A DNA stretch of 64,000 nucleotides from Ramazzottius varieornatus (taxonomy: Eukaryota; Animalia; Tardigrada), in NCBI GenBank assembly GCA_001949185.1, contig BDGG01000014.1, positions 297,587-361,586 of the forward strand, written 5' to 3'. This document shows positions 34,901 to 47,759 of this stretch, in pieces. The notes below the pieces were generated by a model that was given only the letters and a program-made list of their open reading frames with translations, did no database searches and had not been told where the DNA came from. The stretch's first letter is position 1, and every line of letters begins with the position of its first letter. Both the position numbers and the translations under genes were made by a program.

Positions 34901-37900
34901 CTAACATGGATGGTGGTCCAGCTGGAACTTGTGCTGGGAAATGGCCTGGCGGGCCTTGTGGAGCTTGTCCGTACGGGAGCACACCGCCGTAAGCCGGTCC
35001 AGGTGGGCCGTAGCTTTGTGAAGGCTGCATGGCCGCTGGGCCACCGTAGTGGTCGGATGGAGGGTAGCCGCCTGGAGCGTAGCCTGGCGGAGGTGGCCCG
35101 TATGGATCATCATGTGGCGCACCTCCCCACGGTGGTGGGCCACCATGAAGGCGCTTATTGAACGGTGGTACTCCTGGCCCGAAACGCTTCATGCCACGAC
35201 GAGCATTTCGTACGGCGTCCATGCGCTCCATCGCCTTCTTCTTGCTTTGTTGAGGCTCCACGTGGATGGAAGGATCAACCTTTTTCTGTTAGAAGAGAGA
35301 AATGGGATGCTAACTGATCATCCAAACAGCCCAGAAAGTCTGTGTGGTAGAAGATAACTTTGAGGAAATTTGACCAAAGAAATCGATAAAAATCATCCAC
35401 CTGCCTACTTTAATCTGCGCAGTGCATGCAGTGTGCAGTACAAAGGTGCACAAGAGTAACAAAATGATCATGCACCTGAATACGGTATGCTGGTTGAAAA
35501 CGCAGTGGACGTGTACGCTGGCGCATGCAAGACGTGACATCCTCCGCGAATATTTTTCTCAAATTTCTCACCTTGTATTCTAGCCGATGTCGACGTCCAC
35601 GGATGTGCGAGTTCATGCCACTTTCATCGGAAAACTCACAATCACACAGTGTACACTTGTAGTACGCCACCTTGCCCGTTCTCTCCGTCTTCTGGATGTA
35701 GGACTCGCCAATGGGCTCTTGTGCGATGGCGTTGGGGTTTACTGTACACTTGGCTGCAGCTGGTGTCGCTGGAGGCCCGCGGTGGTAACCACCTCGAAAT
35801 CGACCTCCTCTACCTGTAAACCAGACGCGAAAATTAGACAGGGCAAGCAAAGAAGAATCAACCAGGAAGAAAAGGGTTACCTCGATATGAATCGTAACTG
35901 CCATTCGTTTCCGACTTATTCGTTCCTTCTTCCTCTGGCTTCACATCCTCCACGGGGGTGGTCGAAGTCACTGCAGCTTCGGGTTCAGAAGAAGCAGCAG
36001 CAACTTCTTGCATGCCTGAACCTGTGGTAGTGAGGATGGTGCCGCCGACGAAGTTCATTTTTGGGGTGATCAGCACCGTTTTACCGCCGGTAACCTGTAA
36101 GCAGTCAAGCGTTACCAATCAAATGTGACCAATCCAGCACTGGCAAGTGAGAAACGTAACAGATCAATCAAGAAAATCGGCTTCGATCAACCAACAGTGC
36201 ACTTACCACTTTGGCGCAAATGGACGATCCTGCAGACAGTTTGGTAGTTTGTCCAGCGTAACCTGGCATAAACGTGTCCACCGTCCTCTGCGAAATGGTC
36301 GGCTCGTTCTCGGGGATGTGCTTGCCGAGCTGCATGTGAAGTTTTAGCACCTGAAAGAAAAAGACAGAATGCTTTTCGAACTCGCTTTAGTTTCAGGTTT
36401 CAGTGTCAGTCGAACCGGACTTACTCTTTGGTGACTTTTTCCGTGGATGTGCGATTCATAGGCTGCTTGTCCCGCAGTCTTGATGTTGCAGAGTTCGCAT
36501 ACAACGCCCACTCCTGCAGCGGAACTCCGATTACGATAACTGGAAGGTGTGGATGGCGGATCCGCAGGTGTACCTCCGGCAGCAGCTGCTGCTTGCTTGT
36601 CGGCCTCAAGAGCTTTAGCTTGCGCGTCACGCTTCTTGTGCTTCGTACCGGTCAAATGAGCCTGGTAGGACTACAAAATAAAGAAATAGGTTCGACAACA
36701 TAATTGTGGGATAAGCGTCAAGAGAGACAAACTGCTGAAAATGAAATGGATGTGTCAGTTTTCATCAGCTTGCCAAAACATGGCGCTAGACCTTACAGCC
36801 TTGTATCGACCATAGAACATACTGTTATAGTGTCCGACACAAAATAAGCTTTCAAAATGGGTGTCAATGGAACCAGCTGGATACAGCGAATCAAATTCGT
36901 GAATTGGCTCAACACTGCTTTGATTCCTAGTCCGTATCTTAGACGCTCCGCCCATTGTTGAAAGCTTATCTTGTCCGGCACTTGTAGAACGTCACAACTG
37001 ACACAGGGCACTTCACACGCACCCGCCATGTTTAACAACGCCTTCCAGTTTGCAGTCTTGTGGCTTACTTGAGTGCAGTTTCGTTCAATTAAATTCAAAA
37101 CCGTCCATAGGAGAAAGTGGATCTCGAACTTCGAACTTACATCAGCTCCTGCGCAGCTAATTTTGCAAGTTTCGCAGTAATGTACAGTAGCGTTGGCTGG
37201 ATTCTTGGGCTTGGTAGGATATCCATGGCGTTCGCGATAGCTCATGCCAGCTCCACCTCGAGCGCCACGATATCCACCTCGCGAACCTCCACGCGAACCA
37301 CCGCGAGAAGATGACTCCGCGATTGGGTTCATGCTCTCCAGCCTCTTCACAGCATCGTTGGAGGAAATACCGCTGCTCGCTGCGGCAGTGGATTGGGGCG
37401 CAAGACCACGGTCATGCAGGAGCTGGGTCGCTGCCGAGTAGACAGCTGCGTCCAGTCCCGTGAAGCTCGCTGTACCTACAAGAAGAGTTTCAAGAACTCC
37501 CTGTTTGGCTAACATCAAGGCGTGAATTTTGTTCACTCACCAGCTCCATACACAGCACTTCCGTAGACCACATGATCCTGAAGAACAGAAATAAAATTAT
37601 TCCTGAATACTTTTGGGTGTTACAGAACTGCAGTCAATCAAGCTCGTCAATCAATCGACAAAAGCGATGTGACGTCATAATGTAAACGAAACTCACCGTG
37701 GCAGCTGGATACGAAACAAGTCCGTACTATCGAGAAGAGCAGCATGTAAATTACGTTAACAATTCTGAACGGAACACCGAAAGCATAACTCACAGCAGGA
37801 GTGGTGACAGCAGGGTATAAGTTCGTTGGATAACCCGAATAGTTTGCCGTGGGTGCTCCAGACACTCCTTGGGCAGCAGCGTAGGATACTGCAGCCGACC

Positions 37901-37995
37901 TGCAAAAGTAAGAAAACACAGAGTAATTCGTACTGGAGATACCTCAGATAACCGTGATTCCAACACACTTACGCTGCAGTATAAGGGTTGAACAT
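31908..37995 (-). CDS. ZFR: Zinc finger RNA-binding protein ZFR/Zn72D (three matrin-type C2H2 fingers plus DZF domain), multi-exon
   Basis: HYCETCKISCAG; CELCNIKTAGQAAYESHIHGKSHQR; CTLCDCEFSDESGMNSHIRGRRHRLEYK; DQQYLLMKHRLITPSPRELESV; LNVLAQSRRTRWFQ; EAFWMILSTMSSGVFL; probable start MFNPYTA at 37995. Confidence 0.9.
32140..32278. repeat. Palindromic GTGGCGC hairpin element, doublet, in ZFR intron 32103-32391
   Basis: caagtggcgcac(32156)-24nt-gtgcgccacttg; caagaggcgcac(32226)-25nt-gcgcgccgcttg. Confidence 0.88.
32810..32948. repeat. Palindromic GTGGCGC hairpin element, doublet, in ZFR intron ~32752-32960
   Basis: caagtggcgcac(32821)-25nt-gtgcgccacctg; cgagtgtcgcac(32895)-25nt-atgcgccacatg. 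Confidence 0.88.
34005..34125. repeat. Palindromic GTGGCGC hairpin element, near full length, in ZFR intron ~33855-34136
   Basis: aagctcgg...cagatcattttctcgagtcgcgcgc-25nt-gtgcgcctcacgggaaaactgatctgg...tttgccgagctt. Confidence 0.8.
34410..34565. repeat. Palindromic GTGGCGC hairpin element, doublet, in ZFR intron 34348-34611
   Basis: caagtggcgcat(34429)-25nt-atgcgccacttg; caagcggcgtac(34501)-25nt-atgcgccagttg. Confidence 0.88.
36828..36986. mobile_element. Tc1/mariner-type MITE, second copy, in a ZFR intron
   Basis: TAGTGTCCGACACAAAATAAGCTTTCAAAATGGG...CCCATTGTTGAAAGCTTATCTTGTCCGGCACTTGTA; internal atggaaccagctgga..cagcgaatcaaat shared with 31311-31477. Confidence 0.8.
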
Positions 37996-38430
37996 CGTCC
38001 TTCTGTGGAGCTGTATCCTTTTCAATCAGGTTCACAGGCTGTACGGGAAAGATGGATGGCAAAACGGGAATCGATCCTGACAAGACGATTTCAAGAAAAT
38101 CTGAATGAATTTTATTTTCGGAAATTCGACTCATTCGACTGCTGACGTGACCGTTCCGCAAAACAAGCGCAATTCTTGATTAATGTGTTGCGCTTGTTGC
38201 TGTCTACAGTTGGCCTCTCCGTTACGGCAAAAGTGATGTAACGAGAGCGCCCCCATCGGCAGCTTTGCGGAACGGCTAGTGATTTCAGTGGACGACTTGG
38301 CAACCCGGATCTCGATTCCGGGGCGTCCGCCTCCAAAGTCCAACAAAGTTTCGATCATGTTTGTTTTTCTCGAAGAAGGCCGAAAAGCGTCGCTGTATGC
38401 TGTGACATCTAAACTGAAAGTGGTAACAAA

Positions 38431-41193
38431 ATGGCGATTATCAGAAAGCCACTTCGACCACATCCGTCTCTGAAAGCAGCGGACCGCGAGAAGCGAGCCG
38501 CATTCCTCCAGGACCACGAACACTTCCGTCAACAGTAAGTAGAATCTACAACACAGTGGATTCGGACCAGCTAAGTGATCTTTTTATTTGAATCGTACTG
38601 AGGATTGCTCACCAGTCGAAAGAATGCGCGTCGTCGTTGGCATTGCTTATCAATGCCATACAACAGGGAAATCCCGAAATTGTCGAAGAACTGCGCTGTT
38701 GCAGCTTGAATGCCGAAAGACGAGAAAGTAAGGGGGACAAAACGTCGTTCTTTCAGCACAACATACATAGAGAGTTTGTTTCAGGTGGTCATATCACTGA
38801 CTTGGCGGAAAGGATTACGAAAATTGGTGCAGATATCGCGGCAGTTCCATCGTTGTTATCCTTAGCAGAGAAGAACGCTTCAGATGGTAAGCAGCAGTTT
38901 TCTATGTACAGGTTGAGTCGAATTCCCGCCATAGTTTTTGAAAATCAGTAGAAAATCTGTGGATTTGATCGTCTGATTTGTGCAACACCCATTTTACAGT
39001 TGAAAACTGACCTTATTCGAGACTGTTGAGACCGTCGAGAAACCGCAGAAAACTTTCCGCAAGAGATGAATGTGTGGATAATTTATCAGAACCAATTAGT
39101 AGCTTGTGGCTCACTGTCAACAAAATGCGTTGCATACTGCCACGCTTAATCGTCATTTGTTTCACCAGAATGAAAATTGGCAGAATCAGTTCTTTTCATC
39201 CTGTGTCCAGATATTGTCCTACCAGAGTTGCATAGGCGGAATATTTTTGCAAGCTTCGTACAGTGACAAAACAAGCCCCCACAAGCCTAATCCACCTTTG
39301 AAATCTCGCCCTCAATTTCCGAGTTTTTGGGTTTTTAAAATCTGGCTTCCTCCCATTCCTTAGATCGAGCTGAAAATTCTCACAGAAAGATCGTAATAAT
39401 GTAACCTGCAGGCGGTAATTCAAAGCAGAAAGAAGCGTGGCAGAGTTTTCTATAGCACTGCAAAACCTATCGCGAGAATTATACTCAACCTGTAGACCTT
39501 TTTAATCAAGTTTCTGGAATGAACTCTGTGAATACCCCTCGATTATTTTGTAGACGTTGACCAGCTTCAAGCGAGCCTACGGAAAATAAACGACGAGATT
39601 TACGAGGCAAAACTTCAGGCTGACGACGAGTAAGATTCCATCGCGTCGCAGGCAAACGCTTTCATACCTGGTTTGATTACGAGTTTGATATCTGGCAAAA
39701 AATCTTTGTAGGATGAGCAAACTAAAGATGGAAGAAAGTCTTCTTGTCGGCGAACTGAGCGCATCGATGCGAGAAATGGGCTCGTGGACCCAGAGTGGTG
39801 ACGCCACTGTCGCCAAGACCCGAGCCCCGAAGAACACCGGTGGTCCCTTGGCTATCCGCAACACCGTGGAGAAACCAGCGGCAGTTGTCGACTACGAGGT
39901 GTGAAACCGAGTAAGCCGCAGAATCTACTTTCCTACTATTTCAAAGTGTCCAGCTAACAGCTCTGAACTCGGCAAACAAACGCGGCCGGACCGTTTTTCG
40001 AAGTGGCGCTTGCTTCAAGGCGGTTAACGTACGCCACTTGGGAAAACAATCTGATCGAGCTTGCTTTCCGTGCCACCAGGCTGAATTATGATCTGGTTGG
40101 CGGCAGAATTTCATAGCAGCCAATGGCGGCACGACCGGTGGCTGGGACGATTTTGACCACCAAGAGTTCTTAGCCTTCCGGCAACGTCTCGGACCTCTTC
40201 AAGGCGCTCTCGTTCACCAAGCCATCGCGAACATCCCGACCAAGTCACCATCCGAGACCATCGAGCACGAAGTGTGGTACAGCCAGTACACGACACTCTT
40301 CGCAGCTCGTAAGGAAGCGGTTGCGGGATGGAAACGGAAGAAGGAAGAAGAGAATGAGAAAACTGTACAGGTACAGACCGTCCAGGCGAAACGTCGTGAC
40401 GCGGCTGTCCAACAGATGCGCCAGGCGGCGCATGAGAAACAAAAAGCCAGGCTGGCTGTCCAGAAAGCACAGAAGGAGAAAGAAGAGGAAGCAAGGAGGG
40501 TGAAAATGTTACAAACTCAAAAAGAGCAAGACGAACAAAACCGAGAAGTAATCAAATAAAATATTAAAAATTGTCATTTCCACGATGACGTTACAGTACT
40601 GCGGGACGCAATTGGCGAATACTCTTTTTCCAGTCGTATACGATTACTCTTCTCTCTTTTCGTTCTTTTGGTGCAGTTTATTTATTTTTCTTGATGTCTC
40701 ATTTTAGAAATTCCAAGAACATCAAGCTCAACTGAAACAGAAGCTGGATCAACACTACGGTAAGCTCGACGAGCAGATCACCGCGCTGCAGATGAAGGAA
40801 GCGCAGAAGCTCGAAGAAGTGCGAGAGCGACACCAGCTTGCGAACTCAGTTGTCCACCAGTTAGGAGAACGTGAACTGCACAAGGTCGAGGAGAAGTTTA
40901 CGAAAAGACAGCAAGAGAAAGCGCAGAAGGAAAGAGAGATTCTGAAGAAGGAGGAGTACGTCGAGGGACTGCGCCGGAAGGTCTTGGAGAAAGTGGGTAG
41001 GAAACCGGAAAGGCTGACTAAGCCGACCAGTGGATGGAACAACCGACTCAGAAGTACGAGAGCAGCACGGAGAGCTCGGAAGCAGAGTATGGAAAGGGTA
41101 CTGCAGAACTGGCAAACACCGACGAGTATTTTCGATCTGGCAAAGCTGGGGGTGCCGTTGTGGAGAAAAGAACCACACCATCAGCTAAATTAG
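38431..41193 (+). CDS. CCDC112: Coiled-coil domain-containing protein 112-like, multi-exon, head-to-head with ZFR
   Basis: Spliced pieces MAIIRKP...REKRAAFLQDHEHFRQQ; EMSKLKMEESLLVGELSASMREMGSW; FIAANGGTTGGWDDFDHQEF; EHEVWYSQY...RKEAVAGWKRKK; C-terminal RKPERLTKPTSGWNNR...GVPLWR resemble CCDC112 motifs (GxWDDxDHQxF, HExWY, DPSRLYKPTKGW, IPTWR). Confidence 0.8.
39965..40068. repeat. Palindromic GTGGCGC hairpin element in CCDC112 intron (loop shortened to 17 nt)
   Basis: aactcggcaaac...ccgtttttcgaagtggcgc...gtacgccacttgggaaaacaatctgatcgag. Confidence 0.8.
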
Positions 41194-44191
41194 AGTCTGA
41201 GTTTCCTGTACTACATTTCGATTTGTGTGCTAGTCAGAACGATGGCCTTCTGACGTTTTGCATAATTTTTCAATCTGATGATTGTGATCATACGGTTTTG
41301 TGTTACCTTCGGGTAGTAAATCATTTTGGGACGAATTGACAGGATTAGTTTCGGTAGGGGAATTTTGTGAGCAGACTATCAGTGTGACGCTACGGTTCTC
41401 TTGTGGGAATTGCATGCTTGAGCTCACCACTGTTTGGACCTTCGCAACACCCATCAGAATAAGGGGAAAACTGTTTAATACCGACACCTGTAAGGAAAAA
41501 AACTGTCACACTATTCCCACAGCATTAATGTTGTCGCTTCCGCTATGGGAACTTACGTAAGAAGGATCAAAGGTACCTACCCCACACACCCTTCAAAGGA
41601 GACCAATGGATGCCGTTTTGATCCATTCATATTACCGTGTCTTACGTAATAAATGTACGCCCCTTCTCCGGTATTTTCGAGCAAAAACCAAAAACGGATC
41701 ACAAGTCTGTCGCTTTGTTCATTTCAGCTTTTAGGTAGAACAAAGTCACAGTATTGCCCTCGTAAAGAGAAACCCTCCATAGCCTCCCTCACGAAAGCTT
41801 TGAAATAGTCTTTTGTAAATTTGAAGCAGTTTGCATACACTGTTGGAATCGGAATTTAGTACATTTTACCATTTCCTGTCTCGTAAATGATACGAATGCG
41901 CGGTAATAGCAGTTCTTTTACAGTATTGATCATCTCGGAAAGACGACTTTGAAAATTTGTAATTCATCTTGCATCTCACATGCGTCAGGGTTTGGATTGG
42001 CGGCATACTCAACCTGAGCATGAGGTACTGTCATAATACCAAAGAGAGGTATACATCAGAAAACGAGCTGTCTAGTTTTTTTCATCCTTTTCATCTGTTA
42101 GACTTCTTCGCTGCCGTGCCTCTTCACAGACCCCTCTTTTTGAGGTGCAAAACTGAACCTGATGATACGGACAATTCCCTGGTAAGACACCCGGAAAAAC
42201 AAAGTACGACTTCCAAAGAGCAGTTCGAACTTCGTACTCAATCTAGTACGCAAAGAAAGTCGTACCAATTTTCAGCATGGCGATGGGCATAAAAGTTAAT
42301 CGTTAGTTGGTCCTTTCTTGAACAAGATCTTCAAACAGTTTACGAATGTTCCGCGAAAGCAGTATTTTTGTAGTAAGTATTTTTGAGTTCCAAACTTTTG
42401 GGATGTAAATTCGTAAATACTATTCGAAAAACGATTTTCGTTCGACTGGGGCAAGCACTGGGTAGTTAGGCACACCAAGCACGCTAAAGCTAAAACTCGT
42501 TTCCTGGTGTTACGCCCAGAAACGATGGCTGCTCCATCCGTCCTGTTTATATCGTTGAAGTTATTCCAGCAGCCGATCCTGTGCAAATCGCAGAGAACTA
42601 TTACCTAGATTCACAACTCGTAGTGTGATTATCATTTGATCTGTGTGAGACACGGCATGGAAGCGGGACTTCTCCAATGTGTTCTGCGACTTGCTGATTA
42701 GCACTGACAGACTCGACAGCAGGATGAGTCTATCCTGGTCGAGCCTATGTGTATAACACGGATTCACACCCGAACCTTTCTGCGCAAGCGGTGGTGATGA
42801 GTGGGTTTGTAGATCAGTGGTTTGCCACGTAACATTTCAGTGCGCTACTCAAGTGGACGGGTTGACGTCACCCAAATCGAATCTAGAGATTAACAAGCAG
42901 GCTCCCTCTGCTGCAAATACAGCTTCAGTTGTTCGTACTTTTGGGTGGTGTACTGTATGGCAAAGCTACCATCCAGCCAGGATTGCCCGTGCTTTATTGT
43001 TACTCGATAGCCCAAATCATCTACGTTCGAAGAGCACAAGATATTCGAGATCTAACAAGCTATCCGGAACTATGACCAAAATCCGAATGGGACAAAACTA
43101 AAAATTATTTCTGACCCGAATGTTTTCGTTATTTCCCGATTCGAACTTTTAAGAACTGTTTTGATCAAAACAAGGGACTGTAATTTGAACAGTTTGAGTT
43201 ATAGTTTGTCGAAGGATGCTCATTCTACTCTGCCAAATTTATTTTTCGTCAAAAAAGTTGAAAATTGTCCCGATCACTAGCCGTAAGATCCTTCTTATTC
43301 ACCTGAGAGATGAGAAGCTCTTTCTTTAACACTCTGCATACGACCGTCCTCTTTGCGTATACAATCACTCAGTTTTATTCAGCTCCCATTATTAGCTTCT
43401 GATCTTTCGGGTCTGGGTCTTTTTGTTTGCATGTACCTCGGTCTTCTCACTAAAGCAACACTAATGACCATCGGTCAGCAAAACCCCAGCACGCTGGAAA
43501 TTTCTTCTACGGTTTCGGGTGGTTTTGGTGAAATTTGGGGTTTCGTCTCTTCGCGCGAGACGCGTGACACGGTATTCGCTTAGAAAAAACTGGAGCACTA
43601 GAGACAGTCTTATCTATCGAAGCCAAGCCTGGGATAAATTTTGTAGTCATCAGTGCGGTCAGAAGAAAATCAAGACGACCAGTTCTCCCTTGTGAGATTT
43701 GGCGTTCATGCCAATTATCCGAAATTTGAAATTTCGAAAATTGCCTATTGGTTGGACCAGCCTCCGCAACACAGTGCCAGCCAATAAAATTCCTGTATAC
43801 AAAAAGAAGACGGTAGTATTCTGCAAACATTAAAACGATCGTGCTGAAAGTGTTAAGGAGTTCGTCTGGGACGTTACAAAAGTTGACACTCTTACCCTGA
43901 CCGGCTGACACGGTAAAACCTGGGTCGGCTGCCAATGCCGCCGACAGAAGGGAAATTACGAAGCGCCAGGGCATCTGAGCACCGCTCTTTTTTGCCCTAT
44001 TGTTATATTAGCCTGGAGACCAGACTCGCTTCTTGATATAAAACTACACCAAACTGACATTTTGTGTCAGAATAAGCGTGATAGCCAAAGGCCCAAAGCG
44101 CCAGCCCGCCGGGTTAGCCAGCCAAGCTTGTTCAAACTAAGCCGTGAACCATCGCATGACTCAGTCTTACTTATTTCGGTGGTCTCAAGAT

Positions 44192-44527
44192 GACACTGGA
44201 GCAAAACGGGAAATCGTACAACGCTTGGCGTGTCGTTCGATGTTGAGACGTTTTCCTCCACTGGATGACTGGCTGGCAAAAATACAGTCTGCGAGCCGAA
44301 AACTTTCTCGAGATCGCTGAAAAATTAGTGAAACTCTTGTCTTTCTGGGCCTCTCGGTATGTTTCGGTTTACCGAAAATTTCGATTTAGTGTCGGCTTGG
44401 TGCGAACGGACACCGAAATTGACTTTTCGGTGCGAGGCCCACACTGATAATTTCGGTTTCGGTAACTTCTCATACCAAATCGAAAAGTTTGGTTTAGTTT
44501 CGGTGAATCATACTTATCCCATCTCTA
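44192..44527. mobile_element. Dispersed repeat with CCGAA/TTCGG subrepeats ending in CCCATCTCTA; inverted copy at 59387-59750
   Basis: Recognisably alignable over ~330 bp with the reverse complement of 59387-59750. Confidence 0.8.
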
Positions 44528-44659
44528 CTTGGGCGCAACAGAACTGTTGAAGGCAGTCCGAAGAAAAATAGCGGATATGCTGTAAGGGGCAAGTGTTGGT
44601 TGTTCCCATCTTTTCAAGCAGAATGTCAGTCGATGCGCAGCGTGATGATTATAGCTAAT

Positions 44660-44763
44660 TGTCAGTTTGTTTCCTATTATCTCGCGCAACCGGGGATGAG
44701 AACCCAATAATATTATTTGGTTTCCATCCACGGTTGCGCAAGATGAGAGGAAACAAACTGACG
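44660..44763. repeat. ~104-bp near-perfect loopless palindrome
   Basis: gtcagtttgtttcct...gcgcaaccg...aataat|attatt...cggttgcgc...aggaaacaaactgac. Confidence 0.85.
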
Positions 44764-45050
44764 CTTCTGGCAATCGGTAACTACATACTTCACGCGAGGC
44801 ACATCACACTAGGTTCCGTCAGAAGGATGGTGAAGTTGATGCTAGACGGAAATTGTAACCCTGCCGTTAGAGCAGATCCTTCCTGACGTATGCTTACTCA
44901 TTTCTCGTAAGGCGTACGTGATGAAAATCAAGCAAACCCTTCATCTCCCGCTGGGTGCGTTTAGTCTGCTGGCAGAAACACAGCACAAAATCATTCTTCC
45001 CACTCTGCAGTCCGAGAAGACAAAATACTTTTTCCATTACCGTGTTTACA

Positions 45051-47317
45051 ATGCTCAATCATACTGTCGGAGGACAAATACACGTCGAAGTGATCACTTT
45101 GGCATTGTATTACGCCGCTGAAATTGGAGGCTATTTCTATGTGGCACCTGCTTACAAAAGTGCTCTGGAAGATATCGAAAGATTTTATCCGAAGCTGAAG
45201 TTTCATCAGAATATCATAACAAGCGACAAGTATCGCTTGTGTGCCGAAATGGACGAAAACAGTGACGACTTACTTGCGGAATATTACTTCCGGCATGAAG
45301 CAAAATGGGAAGCCGCCAGCGTGACCGTTTTCCTGAACGCCGTATGCGGTACGGTGTACTTCGTTTCGTTGATTTTGTGCCCGACCTGCGCAGCACTCAG
45401 AATAATCTGTTTTCCAGACTGCGAAAGCCGTGCTCCTGCGTTAATGGCAACTGAGTTGCAAAGTCTTATACTGAGGTACAGTTGAGTTTAATTGTTCGAT
45501 TCTGTTCGCTACACATCTATGCAGTTCCTGTATCTCAGTACGGTGCCTGCACCGGACATTGGAGAGCGGAGCAAGTGGTCGACCCGGATCGAAGCGTCGC
45601 AAAGTGGCAAGACTGGACTGACGGCCATCGCCAGAGTAGTCACTGGAGTTATGCGCCGGTTCAACTGGACAACCCTTTTGGTGGTGGCGGAAAGTCGCAA
45701 CCCCATTTCAACGATCGCTGAGGTGGTTGCGAAAGCGGCGACCGTAATGTTGAACAGTAATGTCAGCCTGATTAAGATCGATGGGTTCGACCCGCAAACG
45801 GATTATGTGCAAACAATGCGAGAAGTGAACTCTCAGACGAGAGGTGGGTTGACCAGTCTCTTTGCTCTAGTTTCATGGTCACATGTTAACTATGTTGATC
45901 AGCGACAAGCCTCGTGTCGTAGTTGTTTTATACATAACTTTCGGAGGCACCTTGAGGAAGTTAATGGTGGGTAGATGCGAGAACCTGAAGTAACGGTTGT
46001 TGTCCTTTGGAAAATTCGACGTGATCGCGCCAGTGGTATTTTGCATTTTCTAGCTGGCAGCGCAGAAGCTGAACATGACACAAGGAGAACATGTAAGTTG
46101 ACACTGCATGGTTCTGGCCGGAAGGTATTTTACGAACCGAATTTGAATCTGTAACGGCAGGTTCATATCTGCTTCCGACTGATTCGGCACTCGAGCATGG
46201 GTAATTATCACTGGCGGTACGGCGACCAGGATGATGGTGTAAGTCTTCGAGCGATCATAACAGCTCAAATTTCATCGAGGAGGGCACGCACGACGTACCT
46301 ACCGATTACTATTTCCAGGTGGCTCGGACAGCTTACCGAACTCTACTTATCGTTGAGGGGGACCCACTCCGCGTTCCTGCCAAGGGAACCAACCTGTATC
46401 ATTTACTGGAAGGATGGCGTCGGGTAGCTCTTGAAGAATTCAACCTGACATATTCTTTGCCCAACGCAATAGAAGTGAGACAGTTATTCACATGAAACTC
46501 GTAGCGAAAGTCGACTGACCTGGGTTCGTCTGTGGCAGAATTTTCATATAACCGGCGCTTACGATATGATGATGTGGACAGCAGAGGTGAGTAAGACCTC
46601 TGTTATTCTTCAGTGCGATAGTAGCGTTTAGTTGGGCATTAAAGGTGATTAACGAGCTCGTCGAGGCGAACCGTACGGATCTGCTGAAGGACGGCACCGT
46701 TCTTGCGAGGAGGTTTTACGACCGGACATTCACCACCCGAATCGGAAACTTCACCTTTGACGGAGCCGGTGCGCCTGGAGGGCGCGATTGCATAACCGGG
46801 CAGTACGATGATGATAATCTGACGGTATGAAACATTTCGTGTAATTCGATTTTCCCCTTACAAGCGTTGTATCGATGTTTACTTTGCTCCAGGAGGTTTT
46901 GAGGATTTCTTCGCTCACTGGTAAGACTGCTGCAACAAGTTCCATAAAATGGCCATCAGCAAACTGGCCACCCCCGAACCGACCATTCTGCGGATATGAC
47001 GGGAGGGACCCTGTATGCGTGCCGCCCAGTACTCTGCTTGTAGCAATAACGGCTGCGGTGCTCGGAGGAACGCTGGTCGTGACAGCTTTCGTTCTCATCC
47101 TTGCCTCCATCCTCTACCGCTCGTACGAATCAATTTCTTGCGTTAAACTTTGTCAGTTGAGTTATGAGTATTTGTTCAGGTTTCCTCTCTTGATTGTAGG
47201 CGGCTTGAGGACATCTGGTGGGTGATGCCAGAGGAGCATCTATGCGTGTCTAGCGCTTACACCAAAATGCCGAGTATTTCAACGGCTCCCAGACGTTCTG
47301 TCATCGGGTCATGCTAA
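45051..47317 (+). CDS. Second natriuretic-peptide-receptor-like single-pass protein with short tail and no cyclase domain, multi-exon; true start may lie slightly upstream
   Basis: VAPAYKSALEDIERFYP; MRRFNWTTLLVV; NYHWRYGDQDD; DGTVLARRFYDRTFTTRIGNFTFDGAG; WPPPNRPFCGYDGRDPVC; TM LLVAITAAVLGGTLVVTAFVLILASIL; tail SRLEDIWWVMPEEHL...VIGSC* at 47317. Confidence 0.8.
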
Positions 47318-47365
47318 CAATCTATTCCTCACTCGATTAGTATCTCAGTTTTCACTTCTCAGTTG

Positions 47366-47580
47366 TACACGCGCAATGGGTAATTATGGGGCAGTAAAAA
47401 TTGTGGAACAGTAAAAAGCAGACAGGCCTTTCCGCTACGGCGGTACAGAAGCACGCACGTACACGGCTGATTCACTGTAATACACTTCTCAACACTTTTC
47501 TACGGTCGAATTTCCATTTTTCCGTCCTTTCCGCCTGTCCCATAATTTTTACTGTCCCATAATTACCCATCGTCCGTGTA
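47366..47580. mobile_element. TA-flanked MITE with ~45-bp terminal inverted repeats
   Basis: TACACGCGCAATGGGTAATTATGGGGCAGTAAAAATT... vs ...AATTTTTACTGTCCCATAATTACCCATCGTCCGTGTA. Confidence 0.85.
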
Positions 47581-47759
47581 CCTTTTATTAGACAGCAACA
47601 TTTTTTTAGTAGTGCGAACACAAAAGCACTGAGAGAAGAAGGAAGCTTGATTCATTGAATCGGTGGTAGATATAGGTACGAGGTAGAGGAGATAATTCCT
47701 GCATGCCAATTTTCGCATCTCATTAATAATTCGGATTTTTTTCTCAAAAGCGGTTGCTT

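Noticed and set aside
8103-40068. CRISPR-like reading of the repeat plus 25-nt spacer units
   Set aside because: The repeats are inverted, dispersed and at most doublets; the loops retain an ancestral palindromic consensus; the context is eukaryotic with no cas genes.
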